The notes under the pieces: model-generated
Told to the model about the DNA's origin: nothing
Seen by the model: only the letters and a program-made list of their open reading frames with translations
The model's database searches: none
Source of the DNA: Octopus vulgaris
Lineage: Eukaryota
NCBI GenBank assembly: GCA_951406725.2
Contig: OX597831.1
Coordinates: 81,902,001 to 81,966,000, forward strand
Length of the DNA stretch: 64,000 bases
Direction of reading: 5' to 3'
Part shown: positions 1-12,287 of the stretch, one piece after another
Layout: every line of letters starts with the position of its first letter
Numbering within the stretch: position 1 is the first letter of the stretch
Translations under genes and position numbers: made by a program

Positions 1-8
1 AACATAAT

Positions 9-50
<42 letters not shown>

Positions 51-578
51 TCTGTCTATCTATCCGTCTGTCTGTCTGTCTCTTTCCCTCTCTCTCTCTT
101 TGTCATCACCTGTAATCAGATATGTCTAGATACCTACCCACCTGTTCCACGTACTCATGTACTCCCCAACATACACAGACACCATCTTGACCCACCCACC
201 CTTCACTCCAAACCACAATAAAGCCAAAAAGACAAGTGCCTGCTCTACCTGACCCTTAAATAACAGGGTTCATTTAAAGGCGACCGTTTTAGCCCACCAT
301 TTTCACAGGGTCTGTTCAATCTTTTTATAGATTCACCAGAGTTAATTGCCAGGTTACTGCACACAGCAGGTGACAACTGCAATGGTTGCTTCTCAACGAC
401 TTCTTAGTAATGAAGTTGATTTATTTGTAGTTTTACCTGAACACATCTAATTAAAGGTCGTTCCACTGTTCACTACCTTGTGGAAAGGCCCTACCACTGA
501 TTACCTCAGGAGAGGGAAAATATGGCATGAGTGTGTGTGTGTAAGTATGTATATGTGTGTGCGTGTGTATACACACAT

Positions 579-636
<58 letters not shown>

Positions 637-1300
637 TCATCATCATTGCTTAATGTCACCCTTCCATGCTGGCATGATAAATATAAGCTACCATCATCAC
701 ACACACACATATGTGTATGTGTGTGTGTGTATATATAAACACACGTGTATATGAATGTATGTGTCAGCCAATGACTTAACGACTGTCTCTCACGTGTACA
801 CATGAGATGGTGTTAAAGAGAGAATTATATTTCAGGATTAATCTATGTAGATTGAATTTACATAAACTTCGTAAGTGGTGAGAGAGAAGCGGGTGGAAGG
901 GGAGGAGGGAAAAGACAGCCGGGAGGAAGATAAGAACTTGTGACTAACAGACAGAGATGTGGAAAGACAGAGGGTGAGTATGGACAGAGAGAGAGAGAGA
1001 GAGAGAGAGAGAATACCAACAGCTGTTCTAAGTTTCTAATCAGCTCCACATCAGCTGTTATTCACCTTTCATACAATATCCATGTTCTCTTGTCATAACA
1101 CACACCCATACACATTCACAGATATGTGTGTGGTATGTATGTATGTGTGTGTGTGTAACAGCTCATGTTATATCAGACATCATGCTTCTCTCGGTAGCTC
1201 CATTACTATCTTCTTTATCCCTTATTTTTCTTCTTCTTTCTTTCTCTTTTCTTTTCTTCGTGATCCTTCTTTCTCATTCCATCTCTTTCCTTCTCGCTCT

Positions 1301-1370
1301 ACCAACTGTATCTACCAGTTCTACCAATTGTATCTACCAGTTCTACCAATTGTATCTACCAGTTCTACCA
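1301..1370. repeat. 22-bp tandem repeat x3
   Basis: accaa(c/t)tgtatctaccagttct repeated. Confidence 0.9.
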
Positions 1371-1686
1371 GAGTTCCACAAGAGGAGTAATAACAGCAGT
1401 AGTAGTAGTAGTATAGATCCTGATCAAACCTGATCCAATAGACTCGCCACAAGGACTTTCCAAATGTGACCAACTCATCTTTTATTCAGACACAGTGTAT
1501 TTAGGATTATCTTATTCAATATGACCTTCATTTAAGACAGTCATATTGATACATCTCAAATAAAAAGTATCCCTCTGACCAATGCCGAAATGGAAAATAT
1601 TGCAGTTAATCTCTTCTCTTCATATTCTCTCCATCTTCCGCATTTCATCAATTTTTATCTTTCTCTTTTTTTCTCTCATCACAAAG

Positions 1687-1769
1687 TGCTTGCAATGAAA
1701 ATGCAAAATTACTCAATGCCTTGGAAAAACGATCTGAAGAATTACAGAAAGTCCTTTCACAGAAAATGG
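1687..1769 (+). CDS. CCDC125: CCDC125-like internal exon (ACNENAKLLNALEKRSEELQKVLSQKM)
   Basis: Pyrimidine tract + aaag acceptor; G|gtaagg donor; coiled-coil-like peptide; phase-1 end matches the next exon (G+CT=Ala). Confidence 0.75.
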
Positions 1770-1984
1770 GTAAGGAATCCTTATTTGGTATTCTAAGAAA
1801 CTCCTCTCCACTCCTCACCTGTCCTTTCACATAGTTGCATTGATTTTTTTATAGATTCCAACCGTTTGCAGTTGTGTACCTGGGCACTGCACAAAATAAC
1901 TACATTATCCTTGTTTTCACAAATACATATTGGTTATATGTAAGTATAAATATACCCCATTTATTTAAGGGGTCTTGTATTGCA

Positions 1985-2179
1985 GGTGCTTGGTGGCCTT
2001 ACCAGTGCTGATGCCATAGAAAAAAGCACCCAGTAAACTCTGTGATGTGGTTGACATTAGGAAGGGCATTTGGCTGTAGAAACCATGCCAAAGCAGACAC
2101 TGAAGCTTGGTCCAGCCCTCTGGCTCATCGGTTCAAGTTGAACTGTTCAACCCATGCCAGCAGGGAAAACAGACAGTAA

Positions 2180-2215
<36 letters not shown>
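1985..2215 (+). mobile_element. Short copy of the RTE-type 3' end/SINE with (GAT)n tail
   Basis: Homologous to 9448-9620 (opposite strand); ends aacccatgccagcagggaaaacagacagtaaa(tga)n. Confidence 0.7.
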
Positions 2216-2261
2216 GTGGTGGTGGTGACAATATTAATATATATCTATATATATCTATCAC

Positions 2262-2550
2262 CATCTTCATCATCGTTTAACATCTACTTTGCATTGTGGC
2301 ATGCGTTGGATGGTTTGACTGAGGACTGGTAAGTGAGGAGGCTGCACCAGGCTCCAATCTGATTTGGCAAGGATTCTACAGCTGGATGCTCTTCCTAATG
2401 CCAACCACTCCAAGTGGATGCTTTTTACGTGCCAGTGCCTCTGGTATGGGAGCCAGTGAGGCGACACTGGCATCAACCACGCTCAAATGATGTTTTTTAC
2501 ATGCCACCTGTATGGGTGCCAGTCAGGCAGCACTGGTATCAGCACTGGCA
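2262..2550 (-). mobile_element. Short copy of the same RTE-type 3' end/SINE (other copies ~3225-3380, 6170-6290, 8603-8660, 8948-9185)
   Basis: Shared core ctccaatctgat..ggcaagg..tctacagctggatgc.cttcctaatgccaacc. Confidence 0.7.
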
Positions 2551-2562
2551 TCTATATATATA

Positions 2563-3154
2563 TAAATGTAATGTTATTTCTAATTGGAAACATCTTTTCT
2601 GTGACTATACTATCGGAGCTATTTTTAGCACTAGAGCTATCCACATAGTGGTAACTCTCTAATAATTTATGCATAAATTTGTATTATCTCCCTAGTTTTT
2701 TGTGCTAAGCCACTTGGTGTTAAATTAATGGTATTATTAAATAAATATCAATTTTTCACCCTCATTTATAAATTTATAAATTTAGTTATGCGGCAGTGAA
2801 TATTTTATTCTGTGCAGCATACGTTTCCAATGAGTCTTAGCATGCTTTTCGCAGGGAATTTGAGGCATAGCTACAAGTGCAGTCAGTTAAACCGCACGTG
2901 TATTTGACGCTCGTGGGGGTCTAATAAATTGTATTTAAGACAAACCTCTGCTGATGATCTATAGATGTCTATGTAAGTAAAATTACATATTACATTAGTA
3001 ATGAAACAATTTGTTCAGGGTCAATCTATTTATTTGTTATGTTCCGTTAAATGTAATGTTATTTCTAATTGGAAACATCTTTTCTGTGGCTATACTATCG
3101 GAGCTATTTTTAGCACTAGAGCTATCCACATAGTGGTAACTCTCTAATAATTTA

Positions 3155-3160
<6 letters not shown>
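2563..3160 (+). mobile_element. Penelope/retrozyme-like unit with 113-bp direct repeats and a hammerhead-like motif, in (TA)n
   Basis: 2563-2675 matches 3048-3160 (one mismatch seen); CTGATGA 2951-2957 ... GAAAC 3003 ... GTT 3013-3015 with stem I CTCTG/CAGGG. Confidence 0.6.
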
Positions 3161-3198
<38 letters not shown>

Positions 3199-3377
3199 CA
3201 CACACACACACACATATATATATATATCATCAGCATCATCGTTTAACATCCACTTTCCATGTTTGACAGGATTGGCAAGCGAGACTCCAATCTGATCTGG
3301 CAAGGTTTCTACAGCTGGATGCCCTTCATAATGCCAACCACTCTGAAAATATAATGGGTGCTATTTACTTTCCACCA

Positions 3378-3410
<33 letters not shown>

Positions 3411-3810
3411 GGTTAACTCAACTGGTCTGGATATCCTGAAATTATGCTTCCTTACTCCCCTAGACATACAGTAAACGATCTGACTGGTTAAGGTTTTGGA
3501 CAAGTAACTGGTTAAGCTTGGGTTCTCAAATATAGATGAATAAAGTAAAATCCTTCAATGCAGGTCCTAGATAACAGAACTTTTCAAGGGGTCCCTTTGA
3601 AAGCTCTACAAGACGGTGAAAATGGTAAATGGAACATTTCACCTATTCATATACAACATCTCACACGCACAAAATACACACATACATAAAACACACATAC
3701 ACACAAACACATACACACACAAGCTAACTATAGAATCTCTATCTGGTCACTCAACCAGCTAGAAATAACAGTCAAATCCCCATCAGATCCCTTTCTACCA
3801 TCAGGTGATA

Positions 3811-3846
<36 letters not shown>

Positions 3847-3914
3847 GTGGTGGCGATGATGATGATGACGATGATGATGCATAATGCTTTCTATTGTTTC
3901 CATTCCTATTCCAG

Positions 3915-4030
3915 CTATAACCAGAGAAAGAGATGAGTTATTGGCCCTGCTTGATGTCCAAGACAAGGTGAAGTATGACCGGATCCACTGCAACCCAATC
4001 GATCGATACAGCAGCTTCACAACTTCAGAG
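3915..4030 (+). CDS. CCDC125: CCDC125-like exon (ITRERDELLALLDVQDKVKYDRIHCNPIDRYSSFTTSE)
   Basis: attccag acceptor, GAG|gtgggt donor; LALLDV resembles human LAMLDI; phase 1 in, phase 0 out. Confidence 0.8.
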
Positions 4031-4387
4031 GTGGGTCACTTTGTTATACACACACACACACGTGCTGCTTGCACATAAGCATAACCACTCAACCTAACAC
4101 CACCACCATAACCGTGCGTAGTCAGGTCAAGGGTCTCGTCACCGGCTGATCAGATCTGCCACTGATTCCATGTAAACTAGGTGAACTGAGACTACCTGTT
4201 CCACGGTTGAGTGGTTGGCAACTAGACTGGATCCCACTCTAATGTAACTCGCTGCTCATGTGAGGAGGGGGTCTGGACACCCTGCAGGACTAAAGACAAG
4301 ACCTGTTGAAGGATGGAGGAGCTCATTGTGGGCCAATGGCCACCCAGTTGAGGAATGCAAATGGCAAACCACCCCCAATATCTCTCT

Positions 4388-4623
4388 CTTTTACTCTTTT
4401 ACTCTTTTACTTGTTTCAGTCATTTGACTGTGGCCATGCTGGAGCACCGCCTTTAGTCGAGCAAATCAACCCCAGGACTTATTTGTTGTAAGCTTACTAC
4501 TTATTCTATCGGTCTCTTGTCCTGAACCGCTAAGTTACGGGGACGTAAACACACCACCATCCATTGTCAAGCGATGTTGAGGGGACAAACACAGACGCAC
4601 AAATGTATACACACACACACATG

Positions 4624-4660
<37 letters not shown>

Positions 4661-4818
4661 GGCTTCTTTCAGTTTCCGTCTACCAAATCCACTCACAAGG
4701 CTTTGGTTGGCCCGAGGCTATATTAGAAGGCACTTGCCCAAAGTGCCACACAGTGAGACTGAACCTGGAACCATGTGGTTCGTAAGCAAGCTACTTACCA
4801 CACACCCACTCCTATGCC
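4388..4818 (-). mobile_element. tRNA-derived SINE with internal microsatellite
   Basis: Near mirror image of 5056-5456; tRNA-like head (gtggtaagtagcttgc...ggttcagtc), central ttgggcaagtg motif, (aaagagta)n tail. Confidence 0.8.
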
Positions 4819-5055
4819 TCTGTCAAGAAAACTCTCTGAGAAAGTCAGAAGATAGAGATGTTCTGGTTTCATTGAAAAGGAGAACTTGCGCTTCAATGTA
4901 GAGTCATCAAAGCACTGTAAAAGCATACAATACATGATGATGATGATGATGATGATGATGACCATACCCAGGTGCTTAGATGCCTTTTTTAGTGTTGTAT
5001 ATACTTCATCATCATCATCATTATCATCATGTGCACTTTTCTGTTATATATATAT

Positions 5056-5456
5056 GAGTGGCTGTGTGGTAAGTAGCTTGGTTACCAACCACATGGTTCT
5101 GGGTTCAGTCCCACTGCGTGGCACCTTATGCAAGTGTCTTCTGCTATAGCCTCAGGCCGACCAAAGCCTTGTGAGTGGATTTGGTAGAGGGAAACTGAAA
5201 GAAGCCCGTTGTATATATATATGTGTGTGTGTGTGTGCGTGTATGTCTGTGTGTCTGTGTTTGTCCCCCTAGCATTGCTTGACAACCGATGCTGGTGTGT
5301 TTACATCCCTGTCACTTAGTGGCTTGGCAAAAGAGACCAATAGAATAAGTACTGGGCTTACAAAGAATAAGTCCCGGGGTCGAGTTGCACGACTAAAGGC
5401 GGTGCTCCAGCATGACCACAGTCAAATGACTGAAACAAGTAAAAGAGTAAAAGAGT
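5056..5456 (+). mobile_element. tRNA-derived SINE, same family (further copy at ~7185-7560)
   Basis: gtggctgtgtggtaagtagcttg..ggttcagtcccactgcgtggcacctt..gcaagtgtcttct; tail aaaagagtaaaagagt. Confidence 0.8.
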
Positions 5457-5491
5457 ATATATATATATATGTATGTATATATGTACGTATG

Positions 5492-5525
<34 letters not shown>

Positions 5526-6359
5526 TGTATGTATATTTATATGTATGTATATATATATGAATGATATATACATGATATATCTAGTATGGCTATGTGTATG
5601 CAAGCTAAAGATGAAAACAGGGCTGACTAAATTATTGGTAAACTGTGTCACCTAAGAATTCTTTAAGGTATTTATTTCACCAAAATTGTACAAAGATTCT
5701 ACCTCCCCACTAGAAATGCAGTGGACCATTGACTGACTTCCCAGAGGAATATCAACTGTTAAATGGTATGAAAGTGTGCTCCAAATAGGCAAAAAGTAAG
5801 AAGTGTCTGCTTTTCTCAAGAGTAATTTTTATTCTTATTTTCACTTCAGTTAAATACAAGAACTATAATAATTGTTACTTTCTCACTCAAAAAAATTTAC
5901 AATGCCATTATTGGAAAGTACCATCACACATTCTCTTTCATTTGATGATGGCCATCTCCATGTAAGATGAATAATGTCTGCTGTTCTTCAGTGAAACATC
6001 CACTGTAATAATGTCTGCTATTTAAGGATTAATGAACAACACTGTTGTTCCCCAAAACTTATGGGATGATTATGTTTGATAAGAAATACGAGCAGGGTCT
6101 CTTCATTTAGGAATATATTACAAAGCAATGATCAGCATTATCCTCTTCCTCCTCCTCATCATCAGCATCATTGTCATCATCATCCACATCATTTCATTGT
6201 CCCTATTTTTGCATGGGTCAGATCAGAGAATACCGAGGCCAGTTTCCACTGGTTGGATGCTCTTCCTGTTGCCAACCCACAGCTATTTCTAAAGAAGCTA
6301 ATATGTTTTACCCTAATGCATGCTGTTTTCTAGTTCCTTGTTTTGATTCCATATTACAG

Positions 6360-6467
6360 ATGGCTGTCCTGGGTGCTTGTATATGCAGGGGACAAAAGTC
6401 AGAGCCTTGTGGTTGTGCCTACTCAGCTGCCAATATGCACCGTGAAGTTCTCAGACTTCAACAAGAG
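6360..6467 (+). CDS. CCDC125: CCDC125-like exon with Cys-rich motif (MAVLGACICRGQKSEPCGCAYSAANMHREVLRLQQE)
   Basis: ttacag acceptor, GAG|gtacct donor, 108 nt in frame; the most conserved CCDC125-like motif. Confidence 0.9.
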
Positions 6468-7086
6468 GTACCTTCTCTACTGGACTTCTCTTTCATTTCT
6501 TTTACTATTGTTAGTGTTGGTGGGGTGTTGCTTTGTTTTGTGTTTTTGTTTTAAAAATCTATCTTTCTCTCCTCTGCTCTATGTATCTATCTGTCAATCT
6601 GATATATCTTCCGAATGAAATGCTTTTCCAAACAAACTTGCATTTCAGAAACTCTGAAGAAGCTATAAGTTGATGCACAAGCACTCAGCCATGAGTACAA
6701 TGCATCTTATAGCAGAAATAGCTGCAAGCTAATGAAGTTGATTACATAATTCTTATTTCTCCTATTTAACTTCATATTATGCTCTGTATTCAATTAATTC
6801 TTTACTCTGAAGCATTTGTATATTGAGTCCTAGCACCAGGTTATTATCATTGCTATGCCTAAGTGAAATCTCCCCTCCTCATCCTCATCATTTCAACTTT
6901 TACTTTTCCATATTTACATGCGTCAAATGGAATTTATTGAGCCATATCATCTGCAGCCAGATTCCCTCCCTCTCAAAAATGGTAAAATTCCTTCATGGCC
7001 AGGCATGCTTTCACTCAAGATTGGTAACAGAGGACAACGCTTGTATGTCAGGGATGCTTATTTACACACACACATGCACACACATA

Positions 7087-7175
<89 letters not shown>

Positions 7176-7655
7176 GGTGCATGTGTGGGTGTGTGGTAAG
7201 AGGTTTGCTTCCCAATCACATGGTTCCTGGTTCAGTCCCACTGCATGGCACCTCAGGCAAGTGTCTTCTGCTATAGTATTGAGCTGACCAAAACCTTGTG
7301 GATTTGACATACAGAAACTGAAAGAAGCCCATCATGTGTGTGTGTGTGTGTGTTTGTCCCCCACCATTGCTAAATAACCAGTGTTGGTGTGCTTACAACC
7401 CTGTAACAGCATTTTTACGAAAAAGACCAACAGAATAATTTCCAGACTAAAAGAATGCAAAATGCTAAGCACTGGAGTTGATTTGGTCAACTAAAATTCT
7501 TCTAGGCTGTGCCCCAGCATGGCCACAGTCTAGTAACTGGAACAAGTAAAAGATAAAAGATATATATTTATTTATTTATTTTTCTCACTCTGTCTCTCAG
7601 TCTCTCTCTCTCTGTCTGTCTCTATCTGTCTGTCTGTCGTCTGTCTGTCTGTCTG

Positions 7656-7697
<42 letters not shown>

Positions 7698-7723
7698 ATA
7701 TATATATATATATATATATATAG

Positions 7724-8029
7724 GATAAGATCGTTAATTTTTTAAAAATAACGATCTTATCAAGTGGCCAGCATGGAAATAATAACCTTCAAAGGTAATA
7801 ATTATTAAAATTATAAATTAGGGTAGCTAGATCTGACTCTAAAGCCACTCTAAGTGTTCATATAGCAACACGGAGAGAAGACAAAAAGAGAAGACCTAAT
7901 TTTATCTTGTCTTTTTGTCTTCTCCGTGTTGCTATATGAACACCTTAGGTGGGTTTTAGAGTCAGATCATGGCTGCTATTTTCAGCATGGTGGTATCTCG
8001 TAGATACCCTAAGTTGTAATTTTAATAAT
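7724..8029. repeat. Palindromic (fold-back) element next to (TA)n
   Basis: 13-bp hairpin at 7724-7761, plus long inverted arms ~7801-7889 and 7910-8029. Confidence 0.8.
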
Positions 8030-8066
8030 ATGTATATATGTATTCCTATCTCTTTTGCATCCACAG

Positions 8067-8268
8067 TTGGAGCTGAGCCAACAACAGACTCAGGACAGTT
8101 TCATGATGGCCAACGCCTACCGCTATGCATTCGAAGAGCAATTATTCAGCTTCCGACAAATGTTGAAACAAATTAATGACTTGAATTTAAAGAAATCTTC
8201 CGCCCCAGTTTTGAAGCACAAATCTCAAAACTCCAACGGAGGAAAGAAGGAATCAGTTTTGGATTTAT
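8067..8268 (+). CDS. CCDC125: CCDC125-like exon (LELSQQQTQDSFMMANAYRYAFEEQL...VLDL)
   Basis: ccacag acceptor; T|gtaaga donor gives phase 1, which matches the next exon. Confidence 0.85.
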
Positions 8269-8950
8269 GTAAGATTATTTCTTCATCTAACAGCAGGTCT
8301 TGTAATAAATACTAAAGTTTCATAGAATATATTCTCGCCAAAAGTCTCAAAATGATTGATTTTTGATTCCTTAACCCTTTTGATGCTGGCACCCCTGAGA
8401 CCCCTTCTGGCTCTGTGACACAAGACTTCTGGCTCTAAAAATGGCCATATGTTAATCATAAATGTTCATGTTAGAAATTAATTAATCTGTTAAGTTAATT
8501 GATATATTAATTATGAGAGTATGAAAATGAATAAGTTATTTTACTAAATATATGTATATGTACATACATACATACATACATACATACATACATACATACA
8601 TACATCATCGGTTAACGTCTGTTTTCCATGCTGGCATGGGTTGGACGGTTGGACCGTCTGCCAAGCAAATGAGAAACAGTAATTGAAGTAGATGGTGAAT
8701 ATGCTCCGGAATAATCATTTAAAGATGTTTTTGTTACATGTTGTTATTGTTTTTGTTGAAAAAATCTGCAATAATTATGCACCAACCCAATATATATTCA
8801 TATGTATGTATGTATGTGTGTGAACATGCTCATATACACTCACAATAATGTATTCAAAACTACACACACACATGCACATTCGTATGCATTATTGGTAATA
8901 GTGGAGAAAAGTCAGATAATTGATATTGGACCCTAAATAACAGGGAACAT

Positions 8951-9007
<57 letters not shown>

Positions 9008-9447
9008 CTTTTAACATCCATCTTCCTTGCTGATGTGTATTGATTGAGTGATTTGACAGGATTTAAAGAACTGCTTTATGTGGCAATGTTTGTCTTGGCA
9101 TGGTTCCTACCATTGGATGGCTTTCCCTTTGCCAACCACTTTACAGTGTGTGCTGAGAGCTTTTTACTTGGCACAGCACTGGTGATGATTGCCTCACATG
9201 GTTAGGCCCTAAAGTGGCCCCTATAACTGAAGAAGAACAAAAGAGTGAGTGGGTGATGATCCAGGGTGAAAGGATGAGATAAGATATGGAAGAGGGGAGG
9301 ATGTCAGAGTATGTTAGGGAACACAGGATTAGCAGAATGGATTAGCAGAAGGGTTGAGATATAAGAGAGATGTGGTGGATAAGGTGACATAAGAATTTAA
9401 CATGGCTTTTCTCAATGACAAAAGGGAAAATTCTGGTAATGGAATTC

Positions 9448-10075
9448 TTCCGTTTTCCATGTTAGCATGGGTTGGACGGTTTGACTGAGGTCTGGAGAGC
9501 CAGCAGCTGCACCAGGCTCCAATCTGATCTGGCAAAGTTTCTACAGCTGGATGCACTTCCTAATGCCAACAAACTCCGTGAGTGTAATGGGTGCTTTTTA
9601 TGTGCCACCAGCACAGGAAACAGTCATGGGGTACTGGTATCGACCACATTCGGATGGTGCATTTTACATGCCACCGGAACAGGAGTCAGTCAGGGGCACT
9701 AGCCACAGCTACGATTTTGGTTTTACTTGATGCAACAGGTCTTCTCAAGCATATCATATCACCCAACGCATCAAGGGTACTCTTAAATGGGCCGGACATG
9801 CAACAATGGCATCGGCTCTGGCTGCAATCTCACTTTAGTTGCCGGGTCTTCTCAACCACAACAGATCTCCAAAGGTCTCGGTCTCCTCTGTGAGGCTCAA
9901 CATTTGAAAGGCATACTTCACCACCTCATCCCATCTCTTCCTGGGTCTACCTCTACCACAGGTTCCTTCTACAGTTGGGATGTGGCACTTCCTCACACAG
10001 CTATCCTCATCCATATGTAACACATGACCATACCTATGCAGTCGTTTCTCTTGCACATCACATTTTATGCTTCTT
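9448..10075 (-). mobile_element. RTE-like LINE 3' end with 3'UTR
   Basis: KRLHRYGHVLHMDEDSCVRKC..VEGTCGRGRPRKRWDEVV. The 3'UTR (ggcatccagctgtagaaac...caacccatgc..catggaaaacgg) is shared with many short copies nearby. Confidence 0.8.
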
Positions 10076-10113
10076 ATATATATATATGTATATATGACTT
10101 ACCTTTCTTGCAG

Positions 10114-10295
10114 GTTCCAATCTTATAAGACAATCTCTTCGGAAAGACAGTAATTCAGAAAGTGGAAGTGATTGTGAAAATTTCATCCAGGAACAATACC
10201 CTGATGTAGCTCAAGATTTAGTTCAGAATAAATTGAAAGAACTCAATATTGATTCCTTAAAACCTCCCCACCTAATTACAGTTCTTCTTGAAATG
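10114..10295 (+). CDS. CCDC125: CCDC125-like exon (SNLIRQSLRKD...PPHLITVLLEM)
   Basis: tttcttgcag acceptor, ATG|gtaagt donor, 182 nt open; phase 1 in, phase 0 out. Confidence 0.8.
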
Positions 10296-10394
10296 GTAAG
10301 TCAACCCCACCAACGACCATTCTTTAATATGTTGGCAGTATTTTTGTTTTTGACATTGTTATTGTTGAGTAATTACCATGTGTGTGTAACTGAA

Positions 10395-10620
10395 AGCAGG
10401 ATATTGTAATCACTTGACTTCGTCTGTTTGTCTGTGTGTTTGCAAAATTACTGAAAAACGGCTGAATGGATTTTTACCATATTTGGCAGAAATATTCATT
10501 GGATGAGTGGCTTGAAATGATGAACATTTGGTTTGATTATCAAAAATCGAATTTAAAAATTTCTCAATAAGCAAAAGTGGTCATATTTTGTTCACTTTCT
10601 TTTTCATATGAATCGACCCT
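10395..10620 (+). mobile_element. Possible non-autonomous Helentron/DINE-like fragment
   Basis: gtctgtttgtctgt..aaaacggctgaatggatttttaccatatttggc resembles the HINE/DINE-type internal motif. Confidence 0.35.
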
Positions 10621-12131
10621 CGTATGCATGTGTATAGATCATGGTGTACCTATGCACAGAGACACATGTGTGTACATACATACATACATACACACATACA
10701 TAAGAACATGCATAGATATGCGACTGTGTGTGTGTGTGTGTGTATGTGTACAGTGATGGATTCAAGGGATTCATTTATTTAAGAATTGATTTCTTAATTT
10801 CACCAGAGTATAAATACCTATAATAGTGATAATTTAAAAAAAATCGATTCAGTTCATTTAACCCCATGACAACAGTTTTTTTTTAATCAGACAAGTAGGT
10901 TGCACTGATGCTAATCATCTTGGCCAAGATCAGCAATTAGCACACAACAACGGCTCGGTGCATATTTATGTCAACCACTTTAAAGCATTCACTGTTTTAT
11001 ATAAACTGTCATCACTGCGAGGGCCATAAATTCAACGGAACTGGCATGGCTGGGTGCAACAGTAAATTCCATGAAGAGCCAGAAGAATTTGCTGAACGTG
11101 TATGAATTTGATAGGAAGTTGTAGTGGAATGGTGGCGCAACTGCCAAAACTGCTGCTTTTATACTATTATGGTGATGAAGTCTGGAACTGAGTTGGAAAT
11201 ATTTACATGATGAGTTTAAGAAACCTTTTACATGATGAGTTTAAGAAACCTATCAGATTCCTTGAAATTTGCACGATGGTCTCTATTACCGATTCTGTGA
11301 GTGATAGCAGATATATACATGAACCGGTGCACAAACAGGTACAAAATTACAATAGATAGGGCTGTGTATATTAAAGTCATCAAATTCAAAGCGAGTACAC
11401 AGTGTACATAAATTTACATCAACCAATGTTACGGGGTTAAAAAGCAATGCACAGTAAGCCACACTGTAATTGCACACAGGGTAGGCATCACCCCTCCAAT
11501 GTCATTTTGTTTTCATTCCTCGGCGAGATTAATTCTATTGAAGGACAATTTTAACACAGAGAGGGTCAGCCTACATTTTGGAGGTTGTGTGACTTGCCGC
11601 TCACTGAAATGACCATGCTGTTTCTTTAATATATTTTCTCATGCATTTCATGCCAATCCCCTTTGTTAGTTATAGGTTTCCAGTTGACCAATCACTGCTT
11701 CACTGCATTTTGGATTAAAAAGCTGTTGGCCCTACCAGTTGGCCCCACCAATTGACCTAGCCTGTTGGCCCTGCCATTGGCCTTGCCAGTAAAAATTTGT
11801 TCTGTGGTTCTTTGCTCAGACATTCTAATACATTTCCATGGTACCAGCACTGTGACCTCCCAATGCAGAGAAGTGGTGGCTCAATTTGGAGTGATTCCCT
11901 AATCTCTAAGTAATGCACTCTACTTGGCATAACATATTTAACCTGTAATCACAAAATCCTGTTAATTAAACTAATCTAATTCTAAGTTTGTCCAACAAAC
12001 CCTCTACAGTTCTGCCGATAGATGTCACTGTAACTTTTATTATAAATTAAAACCTAATTAAAATCAATTTTCATAATTGGGTTATTCAGACTTCAACAAT
12101 TTGTTGATTTTTTTTTCTTGTTTATTTTCAG

Positions 12132-12287
12132 CTTCAAGAAAAGAGTGAGACTTTGGCTTATCAGAAACTTGCCAGCAGAATCTTAGCAAATAAACTGAAA
12201 GAACTTGAATCTGGTTTTGAGTCTTCAGATTCACCAAATGACAAAGAGGAATATGAAACAAAGGAGTTGCAAGTGCCAAGTTCCTAG
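12132..12287 (+). CDS. CCDC125: CCDC125-like terminal coding exon (LQEKSETLAYQKLASRILANKL...VPSS*)
   Basis: Long U-rich tract + ttttcag acceptor; TAG at 12285-12287; resembles human LNDKEEALAHQRKVSYMLA. Confidence 0.85.
   Translation, partial: LQEKSETLAYQKLASRILANKLKELESGFESSDSPNDKEEYETKELQVPSS

Larger units (their letters stand above)
1687..12287 (+). other. CCDC125: CCDC125-like gene, 3' portion (6 coding exons; 5' exons lie upstream of the window)
   Basis: Six GT-AG exons join in consistent phases. The motifs MAVLGACIC..PCGCA..A, MANAYRYAFEEQL and LLEM-LQEKSETLAYQK parallel, in the same order, human CCDC125 LAVLGACLC..PCSCA, MADAFRIAFEQQL and LIDLLNDKEEALAHQR (recalled). Confidence 0.85.

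Noticed and set aside
3968-3973. AAG|gtgaag as the donor of the CCDC125 exon starting at 3915
   Set aside because: In frame, but the donor at 4030 gives spacing that matches the recalled human protein; it remains a possible minor site.
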